DNA from: Rhodospirillales bacterium
Lineage (GTDB): Bacteria > Pseudomonadota > Alphaproteobacteria > Acetobacterales > Acetobacteraceae
Length of the DNA stretch: 64,000 bases
Assembly: GCA_043758105.1 (NCBI GenBank)
Contig: JAYVOF010000038.1
Location: forward strand, 864 to 64,863
Direction: 5' to 3'
Within the stretch, counting starts at the first letter, position 1; the number at the start of each line of letters is the position of its first letter. Below are positions 51,549 to 60,516 of the stretch, in pieces. A program made the translations under genes and the position numbers. Below the pieces are notes generated by a model. That model made no database searches and had not been told where the DNA came from. It worked only from the letters and a program-made list of their open reading frames with translations.

Positions 51549-52006
51549 GCGGCGGCACCGGGCAGCGTGAGGCCGCGGCTGCGCGTGCGCTCGAGCGCGG
51601 CGGTGAGCCGGGCGGCGGCGGCGGCGGGTTCCCAGATCCGGAAAATCCGGCCTGCGCCCACAAAGGAGACGGTGTCGGTCAATGCGGCGTGCTGCACCAG
51701 GGACTCGGGCAGGGAGATCCGGCCTTCCTTGTCTGGTTCCACACGGTGGGCGTCGGCGTAAAGTGTAGTTTGCAGGTCATCCTGCGCTTCGCTGAAAATA
51801 TCGAGCCGGTCGAGGGGTGCTGCGAGCCGTTCGAACTCGGCGGTGGGCCACGCCTCGATGCAGGGATGGGTGTGGGAGCGGCGCAGGATCAGCGCGGCCG
51901 GGCGCTGATCGCCCTCCGCCCGCAGCTCTGCCCGGAACGGCGCCGGCACGGAGACCCGGCCCTTCGCGTCCAAGCGGTTGTGATGCGTGCCGTAAAACTG
52001 GCTCAT
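51545..52006 (-). CDS. mraZ: division/cell wall cluster transcriptional regulator MraZ
   Basis: [25 protein letters not shown], with a second SpoVT-AbrB-like half containing [10 protein letters not shown]. The start is placed at ATG 52004-52006; the upstream in-frame ATGs belong to the operator repeats. Confidence 0.85.
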   Translation of the reverse strand: MSQFYGTHHNRLDAKGRVSVPAPFRAELRAEGDQRPAALILRRSHTHPCIEAWPTAEFERLAAPLDRLDIFSEAQDDLQTTLYADAHRVEPDKEGRISLPESLVQHAALTDTVSFVGAGRIFRIWEPAAAAARLTAALERTRSRGLTLPGAAA

Positions 52007-52026
52007 GGTTCCCTTGGCCCACATCG

Positions 52027-52062
52027 CATGGGTGATCATGGGATAACATGGTCAGACATGGG
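52027..52062 (+). promoter_or_regulatory. candidate MraZ operator: four phased direct repeats
   Basis: CATGG occurs at 52027, 52037, 52047 and 52057 (ATGGG-N5-ATGGG-N5-ATGGT-N5-ATGGG), at exact 10-bp spacing and 21-56 nt upstream of the mraZ ATG. It resembles the TGGGN-N5 repeat array bound by E. coli MraZ. Confidence 0.5.
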
Positions 52063-52164
52063 CAGCAAAGGGTTTTGCCCGGTTTTTCAGGTGAAATACG
52101 TTTCAGCAGTGGATATTAATTCTCATTCTGTATTTGTTCCGTTGGGTCAGATTATTAAGAGGAT

Positions 52165-52556
52165 GTCAGACGGCCTGTAAGCCGGGTTCTGTCCACATCC
52201 TTGCGGACGTGGGACGGCCATTCCTCTGGGACGCGCATCGCGGCGCGCCTCGTGCGACCAACCCGGATGACGGAGCCTAAACACCCCTGCGTCCTACCTT
52301 TCGGCACTCGCCGGCCATCCCTATTCGGTCTTGCTCCCGGTGGGGTTTACCCTGCCGCCCCTGTTACCAGGCGCGCGGTGCGCTCTTACCGCACCGTTTC
52401 ACCCTTCCCCTGAGGCCGTTACCGGCGTCCGGGAGGTTTGTTTTCTGTGGCACTTTCCCTGGGGTCGCCCCCGCCGGCCGTTAGCCGGCACCGTGTTTCT
52501 GTGGAGCCCGGACTTTCCTCGGCCCTCACGAGCCGCGGCCGTCCAGCCGTCTGACC
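52165..52556 (-). ncRNA. rnpB: RNase P RNA, bacterial type A
   Basis: The minus strand reads ...GTCAGACGGCTGGACGGCCGCGGCTCGTGAGGGCCGAGGAAAGTCCGGGCTCCACAGAAA...GGTAACGGCC...GGGTAAACCCCACC...ACAGAACCCGGCTTACAGGCCGTCTGAC. It carries the universally conserved GAGGAAAGTCCGGGCTCC and ACAGAACCCGGCTTA blocks, and P1 pairs as GTCAGACGGC/GCCGTCTGAC. Ends are accurate to about 5 nt. Confidence 0.9.
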
Positions 52557-53233
52557 AGCCGGTGATGCGCTGCCTCCGGCTCTCGGTCAAGACAGGCCTG
52601 TAAGCGGCGCAAAGTCGGAGCGTCGGCTCGTCCACACACGTGATCCGGCATCCAGTGACGTTGAAACGCCGTGAGCGTCACGGCCAGATCGCCGGGTCCA
52701 TAGCCGATCTGGTCAAGCGCCGCCCTTGCGTCGGCGGCCGGTATGCCGTCCGGACCGGGCCAGAGACCCACGCCATTGGCGGCCAAACCCCGCCAATCGA
52801 ACAGCTCGCCGGGATCCTGCTTCCGGTCCGCTGCCACATCACTATGGGCCACCACGTTGCGGGCCGGGATCGGATGACGCGCCAGGATGCCGAGACAAAG
52901 CTCGCACACCGCCGCCATCTGTAGCGCCGGGAACGGGCGATAGCCCCATTCATGCCCGGGATTGACGATCTCGACGCCGATCGAGTTGTCATTGAGCGCC
53001 GTCCGCCCCCGCCAGCTGGAAACGCCAGCGTGCCAGGCCCGTGCCGCCTCATCCACCAATGCCCACACCTGGCCGTCCTCATCGACCACATAATGCGAGG
53101 ACACGCGGGACGCCGGGTCACACAGCCGCGCTAGGGCGGCCTCCGCGCTGTGCATGCCAGTGTAATGCAGGATCAGCGTATCGACCGGGCCGGGCCGCGC
53201 GTCGAAATTGGGGCTGGGCCGCGCGTGGATCAG
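52526..53233 (-). CDS. N-acetylmuramoyl-L-alanine amidase (Amidase_2, AmpD/AmiD type)
   Basis: VSSHYVVDEDG, AWHAGVSSW, NDNSIGVEIVNPGH and VVAHSDVAADRKQDPG. Conserved N-terminal residues (PSPNFDARPGPVDTLILHYTGM) lie upstream of the first ATG (53155), in an open frame bounded by TGA. There is no ATG, GTG or TTG available, so the start is provisionally CTG 53231-53233. Confidence 0.75.
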   Translation of the reverse strand: MIHARPSPNFDARPGPVDTLILHYTGMHSAEAALARLCDPASRVSSHYVVDEDGQVWALVDEAARAWHAGVSSWRGRTALNDNSIGVEIVNPGHEWGYRPFPALQMAAVCELCLGILARHPIPARNVVAHSDVAADRKQDPGELFDWRGLAANGVGLWPGPDGIPAADARAALDQIGYGPGDLAVTLTAFQRHWMPDHVCGRADAPTLRRLQACLDREPEAAHHRLVRRLDGRGS

Positions 53234-54015
53234 AGCCGGCGCTCACGCTTGATCACGTCCCAGGCGGCGTTGATTCGGGCCACCTTATCACTTGCGCGCG
53301 CCACGAAATCCGGCGGGACCCCGCGCGCGGCCAACGTGTCCGGATGGTTTTCCCGCACGAGCCGGAGCCAGGCCTGCCGCGCCTCATCATCCGTGGCACT
53401 GCGAGAAATCCCCAGCAACGCATAGGGCGTTTCAACCCCCGGGCTGCCTGGCGCGGGTTTCGCCGACGCTCCGCGCGCCTGGTCCCACGCCATTTGATCC
53501 AGGCCAAACGCCCGGTGGATCCGGCGCAGCACATCCTGCTCGGCGATCGTCACCGGCTTGTCGGCGCGGGCGATGGCAAACAGCGCGGTCAGCACGTCCT
53601 CGAGGATGCCGCGATTATCGGTGAAGGCGGTGCCGAGCTGCACGGCATAGGGCTCGAAACCGTCCGAACTGTCTCGCGCCTGGTCGAACAGGCGTCCGAT
53701 GTCGCGCACGCCCTCGGGCGGAATGCGGAACTGGCGCTTGAACGCGTCGATCTCGGCGCGGACCACGGGGCCATCGCATTTAGCGAGTTTGGCGGACAGC
53801 ACGACGACGCCCAGAGCGAACAGCTGGTCCTTCTGACCCAGCGCCGCCGCGATCCGCGCCGGGCCGAATATGGAGCCGATTCCCTCCCCGAAGCTGACGC
53901 GGGGGAACGCGCCCTGATCGGCCGCATGACCGAGTGCGGCACCCATCATGGCACCGAACGGGCCGCCCATCACCAGCCCGGCGACGCCGCCGAGTAACTT
54001 ACCCCAATAGCTCAT
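53230..54015 (-). CDS. djlA: DnaJ-like co-chaperone DjlA
   Basis: An N-terminal glycine-rich membrane segment (WGKLLGGVAGLVMGGPFGAMMGAALG), a central TerB-like region and a C-terminal J domain (PYALLGISRSATDDEARQAWLRLVRENHPD). Confidence 0.8.
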   Translation of the reverse strand: MSYWGKLLGGVAGLVMGGPFGAMMGAALGHAADQGAFPRVSFGEGIGSIFGPARIAAALGQKDQLFALGVVVLSAKLAKCDGPVVRAEIDAFKRQFRIPPEGVRDIGRLFDQARDSSDGFEPYAVQLGTAFTDNRGILEDVLTALFAIARADKPVTIAEQDVLRRIHRAFGLDQMAWDQARGASAKPAPGSPGVETPYALLGISRSATDDEARQAWLRLVRENHPDTLAARGVPPDFVARASDKVARINAAWDVIKRERRL

Positions 54016-54119
54016 CCGCTCATCTTAGCACGCCGGGGCTTGCGCGCGCACCCGGGGCTGACGCTATCTGCATCAAAAGGGGATGTGCGTGACAGGGTGC
54101 GGCGGAGACGAATGGGCTG

Positions 54120-57116
54120 ATGGCGGGCGGGAGGCGGCGTAGCGTGCGGGTCGGACGCTTGATCTTGGCCGTAAGCGTCGTCGTGATTTTGGCCGTCGTG
54201 GCCGGAATCTGGGCGGCACCGGGTTTGTTGGACTGGAACCAGCACCGTGGCAGCGTCGAAGCGCTCGCGAGCTCGCTCCTGGGCCGTCCGGTGCGGATCG
54301 GCGGGGATTTGAGCCTGCACTTGCTGCCGCAGCCGATTTTGACCGCGTCCCGGCTCGAGGTGGATGATACCGGGGATGGTGTCGTGCTGACGGCCCGGGC
54401 GCTGCGGTTGCGGGTGGCGCTGGCTCCGTTGCTCGCAGGGCGAATCGATGCGCGGGAGTTGACGATCGAGGGGGCCGACCTGCACCTGCCGTGGCCACCC
54501 GCCCCCGGCGCGCTGTCGCAGCGTCCGCCGGCGTGGCTCACGGGCGTGCAAGCGCGGGCGGAGAAAAGCCGGATCACGATCGGTCAGGTCACGCTGTCCG
54601 GCGTCGATGCGCGGTTCGAGACGGATGCGGATACCGGCACCCTGTCCGTGGCGGGAACGGGACATTTGGCGGCGAACGCCGTCCGGTTCACCGGGCGGCT
54701 GGGGCGGCCCGGACGGGACGGCAGTGCGGCGGTCGAGATCAGCCTGGATGGGGCGGAGGCCCTGCGCGACACCGGCGGCCGCTTTACCGGGCAACTCGGC
54801 GCGGCCGGGGCGCTCGAGGGGCGGATGGTGGCGCGGGGGCCGAACCTGTCGTTGCTGTTGCCGATGCCGGCGGTGCCGTGGCGGGCGGATGGACGGCTGA
54901 CGGCCGCGGATGGGCTGGTGGTGGCCGATGAGCTGGCGGTGGATGTCAACGGATCCGCGGCCCAGGGCGCGGTCACGCTACGCGTTTCGGCGACGCCGCG
55001 GATCGACGTGGCCTTGGCCGCCGGACGGATCGACCTCGATGAGTGGCTGCCGGTGCTGCTGCATGCGCCCGAGACGGTGGTGCCGACGGGCCTCGACCTG
55101 TCGGCCGAGGCGGCGACCTTGGGCGGCGGCATCGTCCGCCGGCTGCGGGGCGCGTTCGATTTCAGCCCGTCGGGGATCACGGCCCGTGAGATCACCGCCC
55201 TGCTGCCCGGCGACGCCACGCTGACCATGGCCGGGGGCATTGCCCGGCCTGCCGGTCCTGAGAAGGCCGGTCCGGAGAAGGCCGGTCCGGAGAAGGCGGG
55301 TCCGGAGAAGGCGGGTCCGGAGTTTAGGGGCACCGGCCATTTGATGGCACCTGATCTCCGCACCACGCTCGGATGGGCGGGAAAGCTGTCGGCGGCGATC
55401 GGTGCCGTGGGCGATGTCTTGCCCGCGGGAGTAGTGCGCCGGGCCGATGTGAGCGGGCGGGTGACGGTCGGCGAGGGTGACATCGCGTTATCCGGCCTGT
55501 CGGGCACGGTCGATGGAACGCCGCTCACCGGCAGTGTCCGGGCCACGAATACCGGGCCACGGCCGGCGCTGGAGCTGGTGCTGGAGACGGACCGGCTGAT
55601 GCTCGACCCCTGGCTGCCGGAAGTGCCGGTGCTGACGCCGTCGGTCCTCCTTGCGCGGGTTCCTGGAGTGGATGTGGAATTGCGCCTCGATGCGCACCGG
55701 GCGGAGTGGCGGGGCGTGCCGATCGGCGCGTTGCGGATCGACGGACAAAGCACGGCCGGACGGGTCGAGCTGCGGCATTTGGGCGCGGTCGTCGCCGGGG
55801 TACATGGGGTGGCGGCCGGCACGGTCGAGGGCGGACGCCTGTCGGACGGCAGGCTGGATCTGGATACCGCGGACCTGACAATGCTGCCGGCGGTGCTGCC
55901 GGTGACATGGCAAAACACTGCTTTCTGGCAGGGTAGCGGCAGCGCGGTCCTGCTGGTGTCGGGCCCGGGGGAGGCGCTGGGGGTGAAGCTCACAGCCGAA
56001 CTCGGCGATCTGCGGCTGGAGGCACAGCCGATTTTCAACCTGGCGGGACAGAGCGGGGCCGGTCCTGTCACTGTGCGGCATCCCGGGGCACCGCGGCTGC
56101 TGGAGGTCATGGGCCTGCGCGGCACCGCGTCCTGGCTGGGCGATGGTTCGCTGTCGGCGGTGGCGCAGGTGTCGGCCTCTCCCGACCGGATCGGACTGGA
56201 CAGCCTGGTGCTGACGGCCGGCCTGATGCGGGCGCAGGGGCAGCTTAGTCTTGATGCGGGCCGGGCGGTGACCGGTACCGTTAGTTTCGAGTCTCTCCCG
56301 CTGCCCCTGCCGGATCTGCGGGCACCCGGTTCCCTGCCGCTTCCGCCGTTGCAGGGGTGGCGCGGCGATATCAGGCTGGAGGCGTCCGAGATCCTGGCCG
56401 GCCTGACCCCGGTCATGCAGGGCGTCTCCGCCCAATTGTCGTTGCAGGATGGCAGGCTGGCGGTCGATGGGGTTACGGCGCAAGTAGCGGGTGGGCGTGT
56501 GACGGGGCAGGCGAGCCTGGCCACGGCCGTGGACCCTCCCGTCCTCACGGTGGACGGGCAGGGTGCCGGCATGACCGTCACCGGTCCGGTGCTGGACGCT
56601 CCGCCGGAAGGGATCGATCTTCAAGCGGGCACGGCCGATGCCCGGATAGAGGCGACCGCAACCGGTCACAGCATGGTGGCCCTGCTGGCGACGCTGACGG
56701 GTCACGCGACGATGACGATCAGGGACGGCGTGGCGCAGTGTGTTGACCTGGTGGGCGCGTCGGCGGCTTTGGCACTGAATGACCCGGCGGCGATCACCGC
56801 AGCGATGCAGCGCGCCCTGCGGCCGGCGCCCATTTCGTTTACGACGACAGATCTCGTGTTCACGCAGTCGCGGGGCGGGGGAACGCTCGATGGCGATGTG
56901 GTGGCACAAGCGGGCTCGGCACGGATCCGCGGTAATCTGGACCTGCCTGCGGGTGTGGCCGACCTGCGGCTGACGCTGAGGCCTAACCCACCTGAATTCG
57001 AAGGCCGTCCGGGTGATCCACCCGAGATCGGGCTTCGCATCAGCGGACCGTTCGGCACGCCGCATCGCACGCCGGAGCTTGCCGGTCTCACCCGTTGGCT
57101 TGCGCTACGGCCCTGA
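54120..57116 (+). CDS. AsmA-family outer-membrane biogenesis protein
   Basis: 998 aa. N-terminal anchor LILAVSVVVILAVVAGIWA, then LLDWNQHRGSVEALASSLLGRPVRIGGDLSLHLLPQPILTASRLEV, the AsmA N-terminal pattern. A long beta-rich body contains an internal (GPEKA)n repeat. Confidence 0.75.
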   Translation: MAGGRRRSVRVGRLILAVSVVVILAVVAGIWAAPGLLDWNQHRGSVEALASSLLGRPVRIGGDLSLHLLPQPILTASRLEVDDTGDGVVLTARALRLRVALAPLLAGRIDARELTIEGADLHLPWPPAPGALSQRPPAWLTGVQARAEKSRITIGQVTLSGVDARFETDADTGTLSVAGTGHLAANAVRFTGRLGRPGRDGSAAVEISLDGAEALRDTGGRFTGQLGAAGALEGRMVARGPNLSLLLPMPAVPWRADGRLTAADGLVVADELAVDVNGSAAQGAVTLRVSATPRIDVALAAGRIDLDEWLPVLLHAPETVVPTGLDLSAEAATLGGGIVRRLRGAFDFSPSGITAREITALLPGDATLTMAGGIARPAGPEKAGPEKAGPEKAGPEKAGPEFRGTGHLMAPDLRTTLGWAGKLSAAIGAVGDVLPAGVVRRADVSGRVTVGEGDIALSGLSGTVDGTPLTGSVRATNTGPRPALELVLETDRLMLDPWLPEVPVLTPSVLLARVPGVDVELRLDAHRAEWRGVPIGALRIDGQSTAGRVELRHLGAVVAGVHGVAAGTVEGGRLSDGRLDLDTADLTMLPAVLPVTWQNTAFWQGSGSAVLLVSGPGEALGVKLTAELGDLRLEAQPIFNLAGQSGAGPVTVRHPGAPRLLEVMGLRGTASWLGDGSLSAVAQVSASPDRIGLDSLVLTAGLMRAQGQLSLDAGRAVTGTVSFESLPLPLPDLRAPGSLPLPPLQGWRGDIRLEASEILAGLTPVMQGVSAQLSLQDGRLAVDGVTAQVAGGRVTGQASLATAVDPPVLTVDGQGAGMTVTGPVLDAPPEGIDLQAGTADARIEATATGHSMVALLATLTGHATMTIRDGVAQCVDLVGASAALALNDPAAITAAMQRALRPAPISFTTTDLVFTQSRGGGTLDGDVVAQAGSARIRGNLDLPAGVADLRLTLRPNPPEFEGRPGDPPEIGLRISGPFGTPHRTPELAGLTRWLALRP
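55254..55322. repeat. 15-bp tandem repeat, about 4.6 copies
   Basis: GGTCC(T/G)GAGAAGGC(C/G) units, in frame in the AsmA-family gene, encoding (GPEKA)4-GPE. Confidence 0.9.
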
Positions 57117-57161
57117 AACCGGCCGTAGCTGCAGCCGGTCGCGCGCGTCACAGCGAGGCTA

Positions 57162-57341
57162 TCAATGCGGGCGATCCAGCACGCTATACATGATGCGCAG
57201 CAAGTCGCCGGCGATCTCGGAATGGCCAGCGCGGTCGGCGTCCACCGCCAGGCTGATGAGCCGGTCGGCAAGTTGCAACGGACTGGAGGCGGAAATCAGA
57301 TGGTGCGGCGTTGTCTGGGTAAAGGCGAAATCGGCGTTCAT
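57162..57341 (-). CDS. small hypothetical protein (59 aa), not in the ORF track
   Basis: AAGGAG lies 7 nt upstream of ATG 57339-57341. Hand translation gives MNADFAFTQTTPHHLISASSPLQLADRLISLAVDADRAGHSEIAGDLLRIMYSVLDRPH*. It is co-directional with, and 63 nt downstream of, the RHH gene. No family was recognised. Confidence 0.4.
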   Translation of the reverse strand: MNADFAFTQTTPHHLISASSPLQLADRLISLAVDADRAGHSEIAGDLLRIMYSVLDRPH

Positions 57342-57404
57342 GCGTCATCTCCTTAGGTAAAACGACTGCTTTGTCGCAACACCAAACCTGACGCCGAATA
57401 CTTG

Positions 57405-57626
57405 CTAAACCCTTAAGATCATCGATCCCAAAATCGTGAGCCGCAATTCTGACGCCAGCGGCGATCCTGCCGCACGCGTGGCATCGACCTGTGTGACCAA
57501 CGTCACGACCGACACACCGCGCGCGGCCGCGACGTGCTCCAAGGCGGTCCAGAATGCCGGCTCCAATGCGACGCTGGTGCGGTGCCGGGCCAGGCTGAAG
57601 CTACGTTTTTGCAGGTTAGTCGCCAA
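57405..57626 (-). CDS. ribbon-helix-helix domain protein (RHH_4 / PF13467-like)
   Basis: KRSFSLARHRTSVALEPAFWTALEHVAAARGVSVVTLVTQVD...LASELRLTIL matches the pattern of small RHH_4 proteins. It overlaps the fumC stop by 11 nt. Confidence 0.65.
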   Translation of the reverse strand: MATNLQKRSFSLARHRTSVALEPAFWTALEHVAAARGVSVVTLVTQVDATRAAGSPLASELRLTILGSMILRV

Positions 57627-59028
57627 GCGTCGCCCCGGGCTGCACCATGTCCGACGGCCGCACCCATCGGTCGAAATCGGCCCCGCTCACGAAGCCAAGC
57701 CGCTCCGCCGCGTCCCGCAAGGTCATGTTTTCCGCCAGTGCTAATTTGCCGATGCTCACGGCTTTGTCATACCCGATCCGCGGATTGAGCGCCGTCACCA
57801 GCATTAACGACTTCGCCAGGTTCTCGGCGATCCGCTCCCGGTTGGGTAAAAGCTTATCCACCATGTTAGCAGCAAAGCTCTCGGCCGCATCCGCCAACAA
57901 CGCCAGCGATTGCAGCACGTTATAGATGATCAGCGGCTTGAACACGTTCAGCTCGAGGAAGCTTTGCGCCGCGCCGATGGTAATGGCCACGTGATTGCCC
58001 ATCACCTGCGCGCACACCATCGTCAGTGCCTCGCACTGCGTTGGATTGGTCTTACCCGGCATGATGGACGAGCTGAGCCCGTCCGCGGGCACCACCAGCT
58101 CGGACAATCCCGAACGCGGGCCGGAGCCCAGCAGGCGGATGTCGTTCCCGAGCTTATTGAGGCTGACGGCCAGCACGTTCAGCACGCCCGACAGCTCCAC
58201 GAACGCATCATGGGCCCCCATGCCCTCAAATTTGTTCGGATTGGGCGTGAACCCGACGCCCGTCAGCGCCGCGATCCGCGCGCAGAACACGCGGTCGAAC
58301 TCCCGATGCCGGTTGAGCCCGGTGCCGACAGCGGTCCCGCCCTGCGGCAGGCTCAGCAACCGGGGCAGGGCATCCTCCAACCGGGCGACACCCAGTTCGA
58401 TTTGCCGGGCCCAGGCTGCGAATTCCTGTCCGAGTGTGACTGGCACCGCGTCCATCATGTGGGTCCGCCCCACCTTCACCACGCCCTCCCACTCGATGGC
58501 CCGGGCGGCGAGGCTCGTGTGCAGGGTGCGGAGCGCCGGGCTGAGCCGGTGGATGACCGCCTCGGCCGCGGCCACATGCATGGCGGTCGGGAAGCTGTCA
58601 TTGCTGCTCTGGCCGCGGTTCACGTGGTCGTTCGGGTGGATGGGCGCGCGGGCGCCGCGGGGCTGGCCGAGGCTTTCATTGGCCAGGCTCGCGATCACCT
58701 CGTTCGCGTTCATGTTGGTCTGCGTGCCGGAGCCGGTTTGCCAGACGGGCAAGGGGAATTCGTCATCGAGCTGCCCCGCCGCGATCCGTGCCGCCGCCGC
58801 CGCGATCGGGCGGGCGACATCCGATGTCAGCTCCCCCAACGCCTCGTTCGCCTCCGCACTGGCTTGTTTCTGCAGGCCCACCGCGCGGATCAGGCCCGGC
58901 GGAAACCGCTCCGTGCCGATCCGGAACAACCGGCGCGCCCGCTCGGTTTGCGGGCCCCAGGACCGGGCGCTGTCGATGTCGATGCTGCCGAGCGAGTCGG
59001 TTTCGTTACGGGTCATGGGGTGGGTCAT
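57616..59028 (-). CDS. fumC: class II fumarate hydratase
   Basis: [21 protein letters not shown], the [11 protein letters not shown] signature (here [16 protein letters not shown]) and about 470 aa in length. Confidence 0.9.
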   Translation of the reverse strand: MTHPMTRNETDSLGSIDIDSARSWGPQTERARRLFRIGTERFPPGLIRAVGLQKQASAEANEALGELTSDVARPIAAAAARIAAGQLDDEFPLPVWQTGSGTQTNMNANEVIASLANESLGQPRGARAPIHPNDHVNRGQSSNDSFPTAMHVAAAEAVIHRLSPALRTLHTSLAARAIEWEGVVKVGRTHMMDAVPVTLGQEFAAWARQIELGVARLEDALPRLLSLPQGGTAVGTGLNRHREFDRVFCARIAALTGVGFTPNPNKFEGMGAHDAFVELSGVLNVLAVSLNKLGNDIRLLGSGPRSGLSELVVPADGLSSSIMPGKTNPTQCEALTMVCAQVMGNHVAITIGAAQSFLELNVFKPLIIYNVLQSLALLADAAESFAANMVDKLLPNRERIAENLAKSLMLVTALNPRIGYDKAVSIGKLALAENMTLRDAAERLGFVSGADFDRWVRPSDMVQPGATLGD

Positions 59029-60070
59029 GTGCTTGTAAACGCATGACAGCCCATTCGGCTGCCTCCGCCACCACCGGGTCCGGATCGGCGCGCAGGCGCT
59101 GGGCGACAGGCAGGAGCGTGGGGTCGGCCGAGTTGCCGATCGCGATCAACACATTCCGCACAAAACGGTCGCGCCCGATCCGCTTGACGGGGCCGCCGGC
59201 GAATAGCGCCCGGAAACCGGCATCGTCCAGCGCCGCCAGCTCGGCCAAATGCGGCGCCCGCAACTCCTCCCGCGCCCGCAGCTTTTCATGCGCCGTGGTG
59301 GCAAAACGGTTCCACGGGCAGACGGCCAGGCAATCGTCGCAGCCATAGATCCGGTTGCCCATCAAGGGCCGCAGCTCATGCGGGATCGGCCCCCGATGCT
59401 CGATGGTGAGATACGAAATGCACCGCGTCGCATCCAGCCGGTAGGGCGCCGGAAACGCCGCGGTCGGGCAGGCGGCGAGACAGCGGGAGCAGGTGCCGCA
59501 CCGGTCCGCATGCGGTGCGTCTGGCGGTAGCTCCAGCGTGGTCATGATCTCGCCCAGAAACAGCCAAGAACCCTGCGCACGGCTGACGAGGTTGGTGTGC
59601 TTCCCCTGCCAACCCAGGCCCGCCGCCTGCGCCAGCGGCTTTTCCATCACGGGTGCCGTGTCCACGAACACCTTCACGCCTGCCTGGCCCAGCTGCGCCG
59701 CCAGCTGTTTCAGCATGCCCTTCACCACGTCATGATAGTCCCGGTTCCGCGCATACACGCTGATCCCGCCCCTGTCCGGACGGGACAACACCGCCAGTGG
59801 ATCGTCATCGGGCGCGTAAGACAGCCCGAGCACGATCACGGTCCGCGCCTCTGGCCAGAGCGCTTGCGGCTGCGCCCGCTGCTCCACCCGCTCCGCCATC
59901 CAGCCCATGTCCCCGTGTTGCCCGGCCGCCAGGAACGCGGCCAGCCGCTTGCGGGCTTCGGGTCCGAGGGCGGCGGGGGCGAAGCCGATCGCGTGGAAGC
60001 CGAGCGCCATCGCGTGGTCCCGGATGGTGGCCTTCATGGCGGCGGGATTTACAGGCGGCCTCGTGGTCAT
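59006..60070 (-). CDS. queG: tRNA epoxyqueuosine(34) reductase
   Basis: [25 protein letters not shown] and [13 protein letters not shown] are 4Fe-4S/cobalamin QueG blocks, followed by C-terminal HEAT-like repeats. Confidence 0.85.
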   Translation of the reverse strand: MTTRPPVNPAAMKATIRDHAMALGFHAIGFAPAALGPEARKRLAAFLAAGQHGDMGWMAERVEQRAQPQALWPEARTVIVLGLSYAPDDDPLAVLSRPDRGGISVYARNRDYHDVVKGMLKQLAAQLGQAGVKVFVDTAPVMEKPLAQAAGLGWQGKHTNLVSRAQGSWLFLGEIMTTLELPPDAPHADRCGTCSRCLAACPTAAFPAPYRLDATRCISYLTIEHRGPIPHELRPLMGNRIYGCDDCLAVCPWNRFATTAHEKLRAREELRAPHLAELAALDDAGFRALFAGGPVKRIGRDRFVRNVLIAIGNSADPTLLPVAQRLRADPDPVVAEAAEWAVMRLQAHDPPHDP

Positions 60071-60199
60071 GAAAATGTGCTTATCATTAATGCCGTCTGC
60101 AGACTGCTCCCCAACCGGACCGCCGCCGGTCCGGATTTGCTTGAAACTCTTCCAGAGTGTGAGTCATGGTTCCTGGCGAAGCTTTTAGGGAGGCCCGCT

Positions 60200-60508
60200 A
60201 TGCGGACGCGTTTTGTACTGGCCTTGTTGTTCATACCTTTATGGCAGGGCCAAGCTTTGGCACTGAGCGCCTTCAATCCGCCGTCTGGACCCATTGCTCA
60301 TTTGCTCCTGGTTGCGGGAACCCCGGCAAGCCGGGCCTGTAATGCATGCAGCAACGGGCAGAAATTGTGCCTTAAAAGCGCAAATAAGTGCCGGCGCCAG
60401 ATTTGTACGAATGAAGAGCTACTGGCGCAGGCAGACGCGGCCGAACAATGCTCGGCGACCTTCAATGAGTGTCTGGGCAGTTGCGGCCTGAGCCGCCGGG
60501 CGCGGTGA
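60200..60508 (+). CDS. small secreted cysteine-rich protein (102 aa), unknown function
   Basis: AGGGAGG precedes ATG 60200. A signal peptide MRTRFVLALLFIPLWQGQALA is followed by 8 Cys in the mature part (CNAC...C...C...C...C...C...C). The region is noticeably more AT-rich than its surroundings. It is the C-terminal part of the spurious long track ORF 59597..60508. Confidence 0.55.
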   Translation: MRTRFVLALLFIPLWQGQALALSAFNPPSGPIAHLLLVAGTPASRACNACSNGQKLCLKSANKCRRQICTNEELLAQADAAEQCSATFNECLGSCGLSRRAR

Positions 60509-60516
60509 GATGATGT

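Noticed and set aside
52060-52090. GGGCAGCAAAGGGTTTTGCCCGGTTTTTC, which looks like a terminator.
   Set aside because: The stem is only about 5 bp with a large loop. The T-run is on the plus strand, where no upstream gene would be terminated. On the minus strand it lacks a U-tract after rnpB.
52201-52635. Three track ORFs (52201..52413, 52331..52603, 52399..52635) in the mraZ-amidase gap.
   Set aside because: The region is the RNase P RNA gene (conserved GAGGAAAGTCCGGGCTCC and ACAGAACCCGGCTTA on the minus strand), so the ORFs are incidental.
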